DNA of 64,000 nt. Source: Utricularia gibba. Lineage: Eukaryota > Plantae > Magnoliophyta. Where the stretch lies: the NCBI GenBank assembly GCA_002189035.1, contig NEEC01000002.1, forward strand, positions 3,596,001 to 3,660,000, in the 5' to 3' direction. The position numbers and the translations under genes were made by a program. The notes under the pieces are model-generated. The model ran no database searches. It worked only from the letters and a program-made list of their open reading frames with translations, and was not told the origin of the DNA. Of this stretch, positions 26,431 through 38,989 are shown in pieces (within the stretch, counting starts at the first letter, position 1; the number at the start of each line of letters is the position of its first letter).

Positions 26431-27169
26431 CTAAATAACCAAGTATATATACAATTAATAACTCCAATATTGTCATACACATATGAAAGCAGAATAATAG
26501 AATATAAGATACAATCTCAAAATCGATGCACTTAATGAATGCAATATGACAATGGTAAAGGAACCCTAGTCATACAAAGAATATTTAGATCATATAATAT
26601 TCAAAGATGAAGGCTAGACGTACAAGATCAACAAACCCAATAATATTCAAAGATGATGCCTAGACGTATAAGATCAACAACATCAATGCAAATAAGAGGA
26701 CATCTTCATCCAACAAGATCGTCAATTGTGTTTGTCATTGTATGATTAGGGTTGAAAAATCATAATATTTATATTAAATTCATGGGGACACAATTGTCAT
26801 TATATTATAAACCCAATAAATAAACCCACATAACAAATGCAACATTAATATATTACCCAAATAAGGTAAACTAATGTACCAAACATCATTTCATACATAA
26901 ACCTACATATTTTGGTTTATATAAACCCGTGAAAATCTAAATCAACTAACTAAACAAGGCCTTACTATTTTTGAGAACGTTGATCATTTCGTGTGATGAA
27001 AGAGAATCGACTTTTCACGTGTTTACTATGACATCCTTAGTATAAAAAAGAGGAAATAACCAACTGGCTTACTCTCCATGTCATACACTCTCTTGCTTGA
27101 TGCTTGCTTCCTGATAATATGTCTCGAATACATAGCCAATTCTCCAAGAAAGGAAAGAGCTTTGGTTTG

Positions 27170-28429
27170 TCGTAAAACACAAAAAAGCGTAGTACGAGTA
27201 TCGATCTCAGGGAGTTGTTTTTTGTGAAAACTGTTTTGTAGGAAACTTTTAGAAAATGTCACGGTTTTGCAAAAGAGGGTTTTTGAGATGCAGAAATAAA
27301 AGTTACAACCTAAGTGATGGGCCTTGACTACGGGACACAATTCTTGGGAATGAGATTCCGCTTCCTTCTTCTATCTATCCTCGCCTCGGTCTTCATTGAT
27401 TCCTTCCGAATAGCTGGTTATAGGAGCAAGGAATAGCCTACTCTCTCTTACACTTTGATTGACAAGGAGGCATGGGAATACCCTCATGTTTCGCCCTTAG
27501 ACGATTAAGAAGACAAGAGTATTGCCTTCGATAGCCTTCAAAACTGAATTGCACACATGTGCTCAACTCTTCCCAATGGCCAATGAAAGGCATGAGGTCA
27601 CTACCTGTCCACTGTTGCGGTGCCTAGGCCACAAAAAATCTGCTACTTCCCTCGAACCGATAGGGTTAGAGTTGGTGCTCTTCACCTTGATCTTCACCAA
27701 TATCCGCGAGGAGTGACCTGCTACTCTTGGACCATGACTAGGAGTCGTTACAGAAAGACTGCAACAAATGCATGGAAGTATGCGAAATCCGAAATGAATT
27801 CAGTGAAGAACCGAGTGTATTGTTAGGACTTGGAAGGAAACTTCATCTACTCCCCGCAACTAAGGGAGTTTAGCTCAAAAGAGCCATAAAAACAGAAATG
27901 AAAATGAAAGCTAAGTGTTCTTCCTCTTTGGAGGGAAGGAAGAACCCAAAAGTTTTAAGTACAAAGATAAGTGCAAAAACATGATCCCAAAATAAGTTTT
28001 GCAAGTTGCTTTTATATCACTCCCCACGTTCATTAACTCCTTCTAGTCCTCTTCATATCATTCCTTTTGTCTTGCATGTGCCACCAACTTTCCTTTGCGT
28101 GCAATTTAGCGCCAAATCATTGCTGTAGACTCTGACATGCTGTAAATGAGGGACCTTGACCATTGTCAATCTTCCGCCCACAATTGTTCCAAGTCGTCTG
28201 CAAAGCACGAAAAGTTAGAGTCTGACCACCTGCAATACTACTGCAACACTCCACGACTGTTGTCTGACATATCTTGCACAAAAAAAATAGAGAAAATATA
28301 TACAAAAAAGGAATATAGGATTTTTCTAGGAAAATCAATTACTTTTCAATATAATTTATAATTGGGTGACTTAACACTAGATTAATACGTACTAATACCT
28401 AATAATAAACTAGAAAACGTCACTTAACA
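27170..28429 (-). repeat. 3' LTR of the Athila element
   Basis: Colinear with 38104-38694 (ends ...TAAACTAGAAAACGTCACTTAACA). Carries two blocks (about 27200-27420 and 27600-28105) absent from the other LTR. Confidence 0.8.
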
Positions 28430-29282
28430 TATTCCCCTACACTTAAATCATGCTTGTTCTTAAGTGTGACAATCATAGCAATCCACGAAAAAGGATAGAA
28501 CCTAAGTTATGATGCATTATTAAAGTATAATCATTCTACTGTAGGTATTTACTCCAATTCTTTTCCTATCCTTCAATCAAATTAAGGCAAGTTCGCATGT
28601 ATCAGATAAAAACTTAACCAATGACTAATTATACACTAACATCATCAAGGTAAATAAAAGCATCAAAGAGCACAATATAGTGACTAAAGACCTCTTCTTT
28701 TTTCCCTCTTTTTTTTTCAGAGAGAGGTCCCACTTTGGGGAAGAATGTTTGGATTACGAAACCTTATGTGTGGTGTTAACCACGGTTTCACAAAACATCC
28801 TTACCTTTGGCACCTCTAATATTTTTTTCTCTTTTTTTTTCATATTTTTGTTTGGTCTCGATCAAGTCACTATATGAGCAGCAAATATTTATTCACAACA
28901 TAATATATATATAAGGAATGAAAATGTAGTCACAGCCACAGTATAGTCTTTCCTAAAACATGCAACAAAAGCTTGATATCTAGAAAAAAATAATTGAAGT
29001 ATTTTCCTAGCATCAAGGAATTCATGAACGTAAGCATGATTGATCCTAAAATTCTAGCCTTATTCATGGAAGCAAATGTACTTGAGGAGCATAGTGGGGA
29101 TTTTTTCACAAACAATAACAAAAATAAAACATGAAGCTTGAAAATTAAAAAAAAAATTCAACACAATTTAACACATAAGTTCTAATGCCCAGAAAATACT
29201 AGAAAATAAAAAGGAAACACAAACTCCTCCCCCGCACTTAATTTTGTGAATGTCCTCATCATCAACTGCAGCGCAAGGTACC

Positions 29283-32188
29283 TTAGTCATGGGCATTCCA
29301 GAGTGTGAAGCAATAGCCATGAGAGTATCCAACTTCGTGGAAAGCACAGAAACCTCTTCCTGGAGACTCTGAATAGCAAGCAGTAGGATGTGCTTGGTGG
29401 GGCTTGAAGGTGCAGAGCTGAGTGGAATATTGGTTGGTGCACCGTAGGGATTCACTATGGTCGGGGGCATAAAAGTGATGGTACTCTTGGTACCCCGCTT
29501 GTACGAAAACAGCCTTCCCCTCAACCTCCTTCAGGTAGCTGCAAGAAAACAAGTCATCTAAATCTAGATAACGGAAATGATTATCTACTTGAGAGGTCTG
29601 CTTTTCTAGGCTCACTTTGAGATGTTGGGCGAGCTTTGTGATGAGGGAAGCAAAAGGGAGCACCCTCTCATTCTTGGTGGTGATGGAGTGCATTTGAGTT
29701 GCAATCCACCATCCCAAATTAATGGGAAGCTTCTTCATCATCGCCCACAGGAAAAATAAAATGACCTTAGCAATGATCCTGATGCCTTGGCGGGTTGCGC
29801 TGTAAAGCCTTCCAAATACATGTTCAACACTAAAAGAGCAGGGGGGCCCTCAAGTAATGGGCCTTGAGTTTGCGTACAGAATACGGGGGCTCAAAAATAG
29901 ACATGGATGGATAGGCATTCAGCACACTAAAATGTTAAGGATAATCACAAAAGGCTTGGAGGTAATGAATAGTGGCTAAATCAGATTCAGAAACAAAGCC
30001 TAAAGCCATATTAAAATCATTTATAGACATGCAAAAATGTTTACCACCAAGGTGAAAAGAAATCAATTCCTCAGCAAGGGGATTTCCAGCCATTTTATGG
30101 CATTATTCTAAGTTATGGCATTAGTCTACTTTAGGAGTAATTTAGTAGTACGACGTTATGGTCAGGAGGATTTTGTGAATGGTTGAGGAATTCCCTTACA
30201 AGCATGGGATGTTTTTCATGATGCATGAAATGCATGAATTTTGTTATGGCCATTTTATGAACCAGTGAGCATGTTTTCCCCTTGATTATTTTTCATGGGG
30301 GACTGATTGTCACGAAATCTGTAGACAGCAAAAAAAAAAAGGGTCAAAAAACAAAAAGCATCATCACCAGAAAAGTGATGAGACCCATGTCTTGAAAAGC
30401 AGCACACAACAATCTGCGATTTAGTCCCAACGTTCTAATAGTTTTCTTCGAGCAATGTAGTACAGGTTGCAACACAAATCCCAAGGAGCCGAATATGAAC
30501 AGTGTAGCGGCAGAGAAGGTGGCAGAAGTCTGAAAAAGAGTACACACAAAGTCCAAGGAGAGGTGAAAAAGTGAGATTTTGGACAAAAAGAGAGGGAAGA
30601 TGAGAGAATGCAGATCTCCGCTTGGAGACTCACGGATAGCTATCTAGAGAAGGTTTTCTAGGGAGGAAGAAGAAGGAAGACAAACAGGAACGAAGCTGAA
30701 GTTCAAGACTAATTTCTGTTTTCGAAGAATATTACTCCTAGCTAAGAGTAGCTAGCGACGTTTTTAGTTTTTGTCGACATTTCACACTACTTGCTTGTTT
30801 GCTTTCTGGTATTCGACTGTGAAATGAGCAAACTGTGGGTGATGTTTTTTTTTCCACTTTCGTTTACCTTAAGTATGAGTGGCTAAGCACTTAGGGGATG
30901 ACTTGGGGTGAAAAGGGGAAAAATATACTAATCCATCCTTAGACTTAATAAACCATGGGTCATGCCACTTCCTTAACAAACGAGGATAGATCTAGGAGAG
31001 GAAAGTAGTAAAACCCAACTTAATAACCCTAATTACAGGTAGACCAAAGATTAGGGGAAAAAACAAGAATTCGAGTAGACCTAGATCTTGTGAGTTAGTT
31101 GTATGATTTATGATTTAGGTGAGCTTGTTTAGTGATAGGCATAAATTCCCTAGGAGTCCCAAGGCATCACCCATCCCATTCCAGAAACTACCGAATTCAA
31201 GCTTGTTACTTTTCTTTATTGTATTTCGTTCTAGTCCTGCCTTAGTCCTAGTTAAGACCAATTTACCAACGTGACACTGATTTCATGCTTTGGCTAATCA
31301 CTTGAGAAGCACCTAATCTTTGAGTTCGACCCTAATCATTATGCTCATAATTGTTTTATGCTTGAATGTGGGTTAGGTTATCAATTTATTTGATAGGAAA
31401 ATATGCATTTAACGACATTGCATAATTTTTCGTTTATCAGCAAGTTCAGATGCACTACAGTAGGCATATGCAATTTAAAATCAAACAAAATTCTATGCGA
31501 GGTTAAGAGATTAAATAAGAGTTGAGCATTCTTATCCGAAAACCTCATGGTATTTTTCAGTTGGGTCCAGGTACGGGACTCCAAGGCTCGATTTGCCAGA
31601 ATTTGGTGCGAGCACGCTGTCGTTTACCTCGCTGTGTGGGCTTAGTTACTTCATCAACATCCTGTTCTCTAGGAAGGAACTCAAGGCATGGCCCTTCCAT
31701 AGAGATACGCTCCATTTCAGATATCAAGAAATCCACCTCTTCGTCGATGGTGATCTCTTCATAGGTATCTTCTTCCTGTACAGGAGAAGGGGATGAATGA
31801 GTAATAGGAATTTCTTTTTCCTTACCTTCTTCTCCAACGATTTCCTCTGGTTGTGTGGGCTGCAGACTCTCGGGAGAAGAAATTGCTCCTGGGGAATTTG
31901 GTGTTGAAGGTTCCGGCTCATTAGAAGCAACATCAACAACAGGCACTAGGTACCACTCTTGGTACAACACCGGAGACACGATAGTGAGAGGCGTCGCCTC
32001 AATCGAAACAGATTTCGTCGCAGTGCCTGGAGATGGCTCATGCTCAGGTGGAACAAAAGCTTCTTTTGAGTTGTTGGTGCGGCGACGTTGGGTCCTTCAA
32101 GATGTTCTAGCAACAGCAGGTTGCGCTTCTGAGCTGCCTTTGCAGCACTTGCACTTCGGGTAACAGGAGATGTGGGGTGTTCAGACAT
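29283..32188 (-). pseudogene. Athila env-like/ORF1-like extra ORF, frameshifted and split by a nested LTR
   Basis: Starts MSEHPTSP, followed by an acidic/Pro-rich region, then EELISFHLGGKHFCMSINDFNMALG and FFLWAMMKKLPINLGWWIATQM...LPFASLITKLAQHLKV, resembling Athila ORF1-type proteins. It lies between INT and the 3' LTR. Confidence 0.7.
30098..31383 (+). mobile_element. Solo LTR nested in opposite orientation inside the Athila env-like ORF
   Basis: Non-coding 1.3 kb block ending GAGTTCGACCCT...GGTTAGGTTATCA, a gypsy LTR-like end. Coding similarity resumes on both sides. Candidate TSD TTTTA/ATTTA; the left boundary is uncertain. Confidence 0.6.
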
Positions 32189-32491
32189 GGTGAGTAGAAA
32201 ATTCGGAGAATCAGGGATGATAGGGAGAGGAATTGAAACGTAGGTCACAACAACAAAGTGGGGTAACAGTCATTAAATTGGGAATTTCAAAAGATAAAAG
32301 GGAGGTTGGGTGTAGAAACGGTTAAGGTAGTAAGTGGGTACGTGAGGCAGGTGAAAATAAAGTAACTTGGAGTAGTGGGTGATAAAAACGAGGAAAGAGT
32401 AACAGTTACAAAATTAAAGTCATGGGTTGCCTCCCATTTAGCGCCAATTTACAGTATTTGGCTGACTGTGACACCTGTTAATGGCCCTCGA

Positions 32492-35400
32492 CTAGCAGTA
32501 AGATGCACACACTGTGCGGCTTAAATTTCTCATAAAATGGCTCAGTCGATGTCCATTGACCTTAATGCTTTTCCATGTCTCAAATGAACGGATAATAACA
32601 GCACCAGAAGGAAAAACATTCACAACTTCATAAGGTTCAAGCCATTTAGAACGTAATTTACCCAGAAAGAATTTCAAGGTAGTATCATATAAGAGAACTT
32701 TTTGACCTACTAAAAATTGCTTCCCTTGCAACTTACTGTAATGAAAGTGTTTTACCTTTTCCTTGTGCAATAGCTAGTTAGTGTAGGCATTGAGGTGAAT
32801 TTCCTGCAGCTCATTTAGGCCTAAAAGTCTATTCTCTCCAACTTGATCACTAGTCAGGTTGCTTGACTTGACGGCTCAGTATGTCTTGTGATGTAATTCA
32901 AAAGGAAGATAACATGCCTTACTATAGATCATTCGATATGGAGACATTCCTATGGGATTCTTGTAAGCAGTACGGTATGCCCATAGTGCATCATTGAGCC
33001 TTAAGCTCCAATCTCGCCTATTTGGGTTAACGGTGTGCTCCAAGATCCTTTTCATCTCTCTATTTGATACTTCCGTCATGCCATTTGTTTGAGGATGTCT
33101 ATCTGTGGAAAGGCGGTGGTTGACTCCATATTTGGCCAATGTACTCTTGATGGCATGATTCACGAAACGGGTGCCATGATCTGAAATAATAATCATGGGA
33201 TGTCAAAACCAAGAAAATAAGATGTTAGTTAAAGAATTACCCACAGTTTTGGCATCATCCCTTTCACAAGATATGACTTCCACCCATTTAGAAACATAAT
33301 AAATAGCAAGAAAGATGTAGAGCTTCCCTTGAGAGGGGGGAAATGGTTCCATAAAGTCAAAGATCTCACACATGATAATGGGTTGAAGGGGCATTTGATC
33401 CTTGTATCCCAAATTTCCTTCTCTTTGACAATTTGGTTGACGCCTTTCAATGAAGGTAGGCATCCTTGAATATTGATTAAAATCCAGCCTCACGAACCTT
33501 CTTTGCATTAACTTTTGCACCAAAATGTCCACCGCAAGGTAACTCATGACAATGGGAAAAAAAAACGAGTGCACTTCATCTTGGGGAATGCATCTCCTAA
33601 TAATCTGATCAACTTCGATTTTCCAGAGATATGGATCATCCCAGATGAAATTTAGGCTGTCACTCCTCAATTTCTCCTTCTGGTAGTGCTAGAAATCTGC
33701 AGAAATTGTCCAGTTACTAAAAAATTTACGATGTCAGCATACCGAGGACTCTCGTCATGGATCATGAATAGGTGTTCGTCCGAGAAGCTGTCATCGATAA
33801 GGCTTGATTTTTCTCCAGAAGTGATGCGGCTGAGATGGTTTGCAACTAAATTCTCGCATCCTTTCTTGTCCGTAATCTCCAAGTCGAATTCTTGAAGCAA
33901 TAAAATCCATCTGATGAGTCTGGGCTTTGAATCCTTCTTGGTGAGGAGATATCTTAATGCGGCATGGTCCGAATAGAATATCACTTTAGCTCCTAATAAA
34001 TAAGATCGAAATATCTCCAAGGCAAACACAATGCCTAGCAGCTCCTTTTCTGTAGCGGCGTAGCTCTTTTGGGCATCATCAAAGCACTTGGACGCATAGT
34101 GGATAACATGAGATTGTTTCTCCACCTTTTGTCCCAAAATTGCACCTAGAGTTACATCACTTGCATCACACATTAATTCAAATGGTAGACTCCAATTTGG
34201 AGCCTGAATAATGGGAGGTGAAACAAGCTTTTCTTTTAAAACATCAAAAGCATTCATGCAATTTTCATCAAAATGAAACTCAATATGTTTATGCATAAAG
34301 CATGCAAAGGACATGCAATTTTCGAAAAATCTTGAATAAATCTATGAATCCAACATGTCCAACAAAAGAGTATACATCTGTCACACAAGTGGGATAAGGT
34401 AATTTCTGGATTACCTCAATGTTGGCCTTACTTCAATTCCCTTTTGAGAAACAACATGTCCTAAAATGATACCTTTCTATCATGAAATGACATTTCTTAT
34501 AATTCAAAACAAGGTTAGTCTCAACACAACGCTTTAAAGTCAATGACAAATTAGCAAGACATTCATCAAAGCTATATCCATAAACCGTAAAGTTATCCAA
34601 AAAAACCTCAATAATATTTTCAACATATTCAAAAAAAAATGCTAAGCATGCATCTCTAAAATGTTGCTGGTGCGTTGCAATGTCCAAGGGGCATTTTATG
34701 GTAAGCAAAAGTTCCAAAAGGGCAAACGAAAACAACCTTAGATTGGTCCTCAAGGGCCAGATGTATTTGATGGAAACTGGAGTATCCATCCAAGCAACAG
34801 TAGTGGCCCCTTCCAGCAAGTCTTTCTAACATTTGGTCAATGAATGGAAGTGGGTAATGGTCCTTGGTGGCTGCATTCAGTTTTCGGTAATCAATGCACA
34901 TTCGCCAGCCATTTTGCACTCTGATGGGAAGGAATTCTCCTTGGCCATTGGCCATGACTGTGATACCTGTTTTCTTCGGACAACCTGCACAAGGCTAACC
35001 CACTCGCTATCAGAATCAGGGTAGATTATACCAGCAACCAACAACTTCAAAATCTCCTTCTTGACCACTTCAATCATAGGAGGGTTCAATCTCCTTTGGG
35101 GTTGACAAATTGGCTTTGTTCCCTCCTCCAAATAGATGCGATGAGTACATATGGAGGGGCTTATTCCTTTTATATCAACCAACATCCATCCAATTGTCTG
35201 TTTGTGCTCTTGGAGTACACTCCTGAGTTTTTTCTCATGTTCAAGGGTTAGTGTACTAGAGATAATAACAGGTAAAGTCTCATTTTCTCCCAAAAATAAA
35301 TACTTCAAATGCTCACGCAGAGTTTTTAACTTTAGTAATGAGGCATGAATATCAGAACGAATCAGTTGTCTCTCGGACATTTATAAACTCAGAAAAGCAA

Positions 35401-37978
35401 CGTCAAAAAATTCAGGTTTTTCAAGAAAATAATCAAGATAACTTAAAAATTCAAAATCAGAAAAAGAAATACGATTAGAATCAAAGATTTCAGTGAGGCA
35501 TTTGAGCAAGGGATCTTGCTCATGGACCATCACTAAGTGTTCTACATCTGTGTCAAATGTAGATATTTGACAAATCTCGTTAATCTGGTCTGCATACTGC
35601 ATGGCTTTTTCCAAGCTGAAGTCCAGCATATGACCGTTGAACTGTAGGGAAATTGTGCTGGCTTGGACATCAATTTTTGTGCCTTTAGTAGCCATAAACG
35701 GTCGTCCCAAAATGATGGACTCCGAAATCATAGGATTTTCACTCTCCATGGGAATAACTAAAAAGTCAGCAAGAAAAATCAAATCTTTAACATACAAAAA
35801 CACATCATCAACTCTACCATCAGGCTTCACATGTGATCTATCAGTTAATTGACAAACAACACTAGTAGACTCAAGTTTACCTAGCTTAGATGCAAGAGAA
35901 AGATAAAGAGATCTGGGCATAACATTAACCGATGCTCCTAAGTCACACATGGCAATTGAAATTTTGATCTCACCAATAGTAATAGGTATGCAAAACATAC
36001 CTAGATTCTTACACTTTCGTGAAAGCCTTGTCTGAATAATTACTGAAATATTTTCAATCAAAGGAATTACCTCTTCCACTTTTGCCTTCTTTTTGGGATC
36101 ACATAAGTCCTTCAACATTTTTGCAGATTTCGTCACTTGATCTATCATCTCCAATAAAGGAATGTTCACGTTCATCTTCTTCATCACCTCCATAAATGCT
36201 TTCAATCCATATTTGTCCTTGCTTTTCCTTCGAAGTCTCATAGGAAAAGGAGGTGAAATGACTAGAGACTTGGGTTGATCAACTTCATGCGGCTCCTTCT
36301 CCTTCACTTCTTAAGGTGGCAGTGGTACATCAGTGTTATGTACTGGAGAGCCATCAGGATTCTCTAAAATAATCTCTTCATCCACGTCATCATCACTGTC
36401 CAAAACTTCTAATTCTTTTTCTTCAAATCTGTCCACCTTAGTCATAAACCATGGGTAAGGTTCCGGTAGATCCTTCTCACTTCTTAAAGATATTGCATTG
36501 ATGTGCTCTGAGTTCTTCACTGGCTAGAATGGCAATGCTCCTTGCGCCTCCAGTCGGTTCATAGCTTGAACCAGTTGGGTAATCTGAGTTTGCATGCTTG
36601 TGATTCGTCCATCAAAGTCTTTTTGCGTGGCATGCATTTTGGTGGTACTTTCGGCAAGGGACTTTACCATGGACTCCAAATTATGATTTGGTTGATAAGG
36701 AACAAGGGGTTGATTTGGAACTCCAGTGATTTATAGAGGTTGAGGTGGAGCAGTGAGAGTTTTCTGAGGAACAATAAAAGAGTTCCCTAGTGATGGGGCT
36801 TGACTAGGAGGTACTAATTGTCTCTAGCAGAAACTAGAGTGGTCGCTTCTCGACATCTGGTAGTTTACGTAGTTGTAGGTTCCTCCTTAGTTCTGGTAGA
36901 ATGCGTTCACCTTTCTGTTGGCATCTCATGTATCATAGATCCTAGATCAAAAAGATGCGAGTTTGAAGATCCTTGATACTTTCCATGTTGTTAGAGAAAT
37001 GATTGGAAGCCAAGCTTCAAGGTATTGCTCATAGCAGCAAATTGAGCTAAAACTTCATAATTGTCCCCTTCATGCACTGATTTTACTGGCTTAGAAATCC
37101 TTCCAGGTGCTTGGTATGAGTGGTCATATCGGCTGAAAGTAGAATAAGAATTAGCAGCCATTTGTTCTATCAATCTTCGGGCATCAGCGCTGTGGTGGTT
37201 CTCTAGTAATGACCAATTACAAGCGGCATCCATTTGTCCTCTAATCATGGGGGTCAGTCCTTCGCAAAAATGTTGTAAAATTGAACCTCCAGTAAGTCCA
37301 TGTTGTGGATAAGTGTTATAGATCCAGTTGAACTGTCATAATACCATGTTGTAGCATGGTAACTAAAGCTCTTCTACCCGTGGAGGCTCTTCCTAGAGGT
37401 GCATATCGATCAATAAACTTCTGAACCATTTGCTCCCAGGTTGCAATAGAGGATGGTGGTAATCCATACAGCCATTCCAAGGCTCGCTTAGAGAAACTGA
37501 AAGGGAAGACCCGTAGCTTGACTTGGTTCTCCGTTGCACCTTTTGGGCGCATGGATGCACAAGCCGTGTGAAACTCTCTGAGATGACGATTTGGGTTTTC
37601 ATTTTCTCTCCCAGCGAACGTACGAATTGTTTGGAACAAATATGGGCGTAGCAAAAAGTCCTCTTCCACGTCAAAGATGATACATAATGGTCTGTCAGCA
37701 TGGTTGGCGGTGATTTCTTCTTTTATAGTCCTTAGTGTTGGGCCATGATTAGTGATCGGCAGAATTGGAAAAATTTGAGGATGTTGTTGTTGTTGTTCTC
37801 CGTGCATTATGGGGACTCTAGTAGATGGTTGAGCATCCATTTCTTCGTCAGTAGATGCACTGGAGGTTAATTATCTCTTTTTCGTCAGAAATGTGCGCTC
37901 AATCTCCGGATCCAAGGGACACAAGATTTCTGGATATGATCTCAAGCTTCGGTAAACCTTCGGTGAAGCTGAATGCAT
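32492..37978 (-). pseudogene. Athila gag-pol polyprotein, inactivated by stops and frameshifts
   Basis: gag (LDPEIERT; FAGRENENPNRHLREF...LRVFPFS), protease (AMCDLGASVNVMP), RT (WVSLVQVV, GWRMCIDYRKLN, DGYSSFHQI, EVFLDNF), RNase H ([33 protein letters not shown]) and integrase ([31 protein letters not shown]). Confidence 0.95.
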
Positions 37979-38081
37979 AAAAAAAAATAGCAGCAAAACG
38001 GAAACAAAAGAAAAACAAAAAGAAAGAAAGAAAAGAAAAGAAAAAAAACTATACACAACACTAAACACAAATATACACAAC

Positions 38082-38099
38082 TCCCCGGCAACGGCGCCA
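38082..38099 (-). other. Primer-binding site complementary to tRNA-Asp
   Basis: Minus strand TGGCGCCGTTGCCGGGGA is an 18-nt complement of the plant tRNA-Asp 3' end (...TCCCCGGCAACGGCG-CCA), 4 nt from the LTR end. Confidence 0.93.
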
Positions 38100-38103
38100 A
38101 AAA

Positions 38104-38694
38104 TGTGTTGCGTGTCGTTTCCTCAAAAAATTTTAAATATATAAAACATAAAACACAAAAGAGCATAGTACGAGTATAGAAACAAGGAATAGCCTACTCT
38201 CCCTTATACTCTGATTGACAAGGAGGTACGGGAATAGCCTCATGTGATTCCTCCTTGGAGGATTAAGAAGATAAGAGGATTGCCATCAATTGTCTTCAAA
38301 ACCGAATTGCGCACGTGTGCCCAGCTATTGCCAATGACCAGTGGCAGGTAAAGATCACTAGTTAGCGCCCAATCATTGATGCAGACTTTGACATGGCGTA
38401 AGTGAGAAGCCTTGACCAATGTTAGTCTTCTGCCCACAATCGTTCCAACTCGCGTACAAGGCACAAAAAGTCAAAGTTTGACCACCTGCAATACTCCTAC
38501 AACACTCCATGACTGCCTCCTGACATATCTTGGTCAAAGTGCACGAAAAAAATAGAAAAAATATATACACAATAGGAAAATAGGATTTTTCTAAAAAAAT
38601 CAATTAATTATTAATATAATTCTTAATTGTGTGACTTAACACTAAATTAATACAGAATAATACCTAATAATAAACTAGAAAATGACACTTAACA
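38104..38694 (-). repeat. 5' LTR of the Athila element (about 590 bp, internally deleted)
   Basis: TG...CA termini, adjacent PBS, about 82% identical to the left LTR in a 171-bp block (hand count 31 mismatches). Confidence 0.85.
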
Positions 38695-38989
38695 AAACAC
38701 TGAGAACTGACCTACTTGTACAAACTTTGGGGGTGTTATTCTAAAATAGTTCTATTCAGTGACCGTTATAGCACGATCCCTTGTTTTGTGGGATTATGGA
38801 ATTAACCACACTACCAAAGCTATTTCACCTCTTGTGATAACCCATGTTTTCTCCATACTCAAATCTAACCCCGACACTCTCAGCTCGCAAAGAGATTAGA
38901 CAGAATGTATCTTACCAATGATATGCGATTGAGCCATTCTCCTTAGGTGTTTGAAGTCAACCTTTGATTCTTTCACACTCTTTTAGGGT

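Larger units (their letters stand above)
20640..26961. mobile_element. Decayed two-gene PIF/Harbinger element carrying two LTR insertions
   Basis: Right terminus AAACAAGGCC at 26952-26961 followed by TTA. Transposase remnant on + and Myb/SANT remnant on - are arranged tail-to-tail. The left terminus (TGTTTGGTA near 20645) is degenerate and approximate. Confidence 0.65.
27170..38694 (-). mobile_element. Degenerate full-length Ty3/gypsy retrotransposon, Athila lineage (gag-PR-RT-RH-INT plus env-like ORF)
   Basis: Two related LTRs, tRNA-Asp PBS, PPT AAGTGTAGGGGAATA next to the left LTR, gypsy domain order and an extra ORF after the integrase. The outer left end and TSD were not resolved. Confidence 0.92.

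Noticed and set aside
25504-28361. Several 60-105 aa ORFs inside LTRs (25504-25809, 27026-27340, 28117-28338; also 38373-38603)
   Set aside because: They fall within LTR sequence, mostly use non-ATG starts, and similarity between copies is explained by LTR homology.
33911-33918. CTGATGAG, a hammerhead-ribozyme core motif (retrozyme idea)
   Set aside because: It lies in the antisense of the RNase H coding motif LIRW. No matching GAAA core and stems were found here or in the LTRs.
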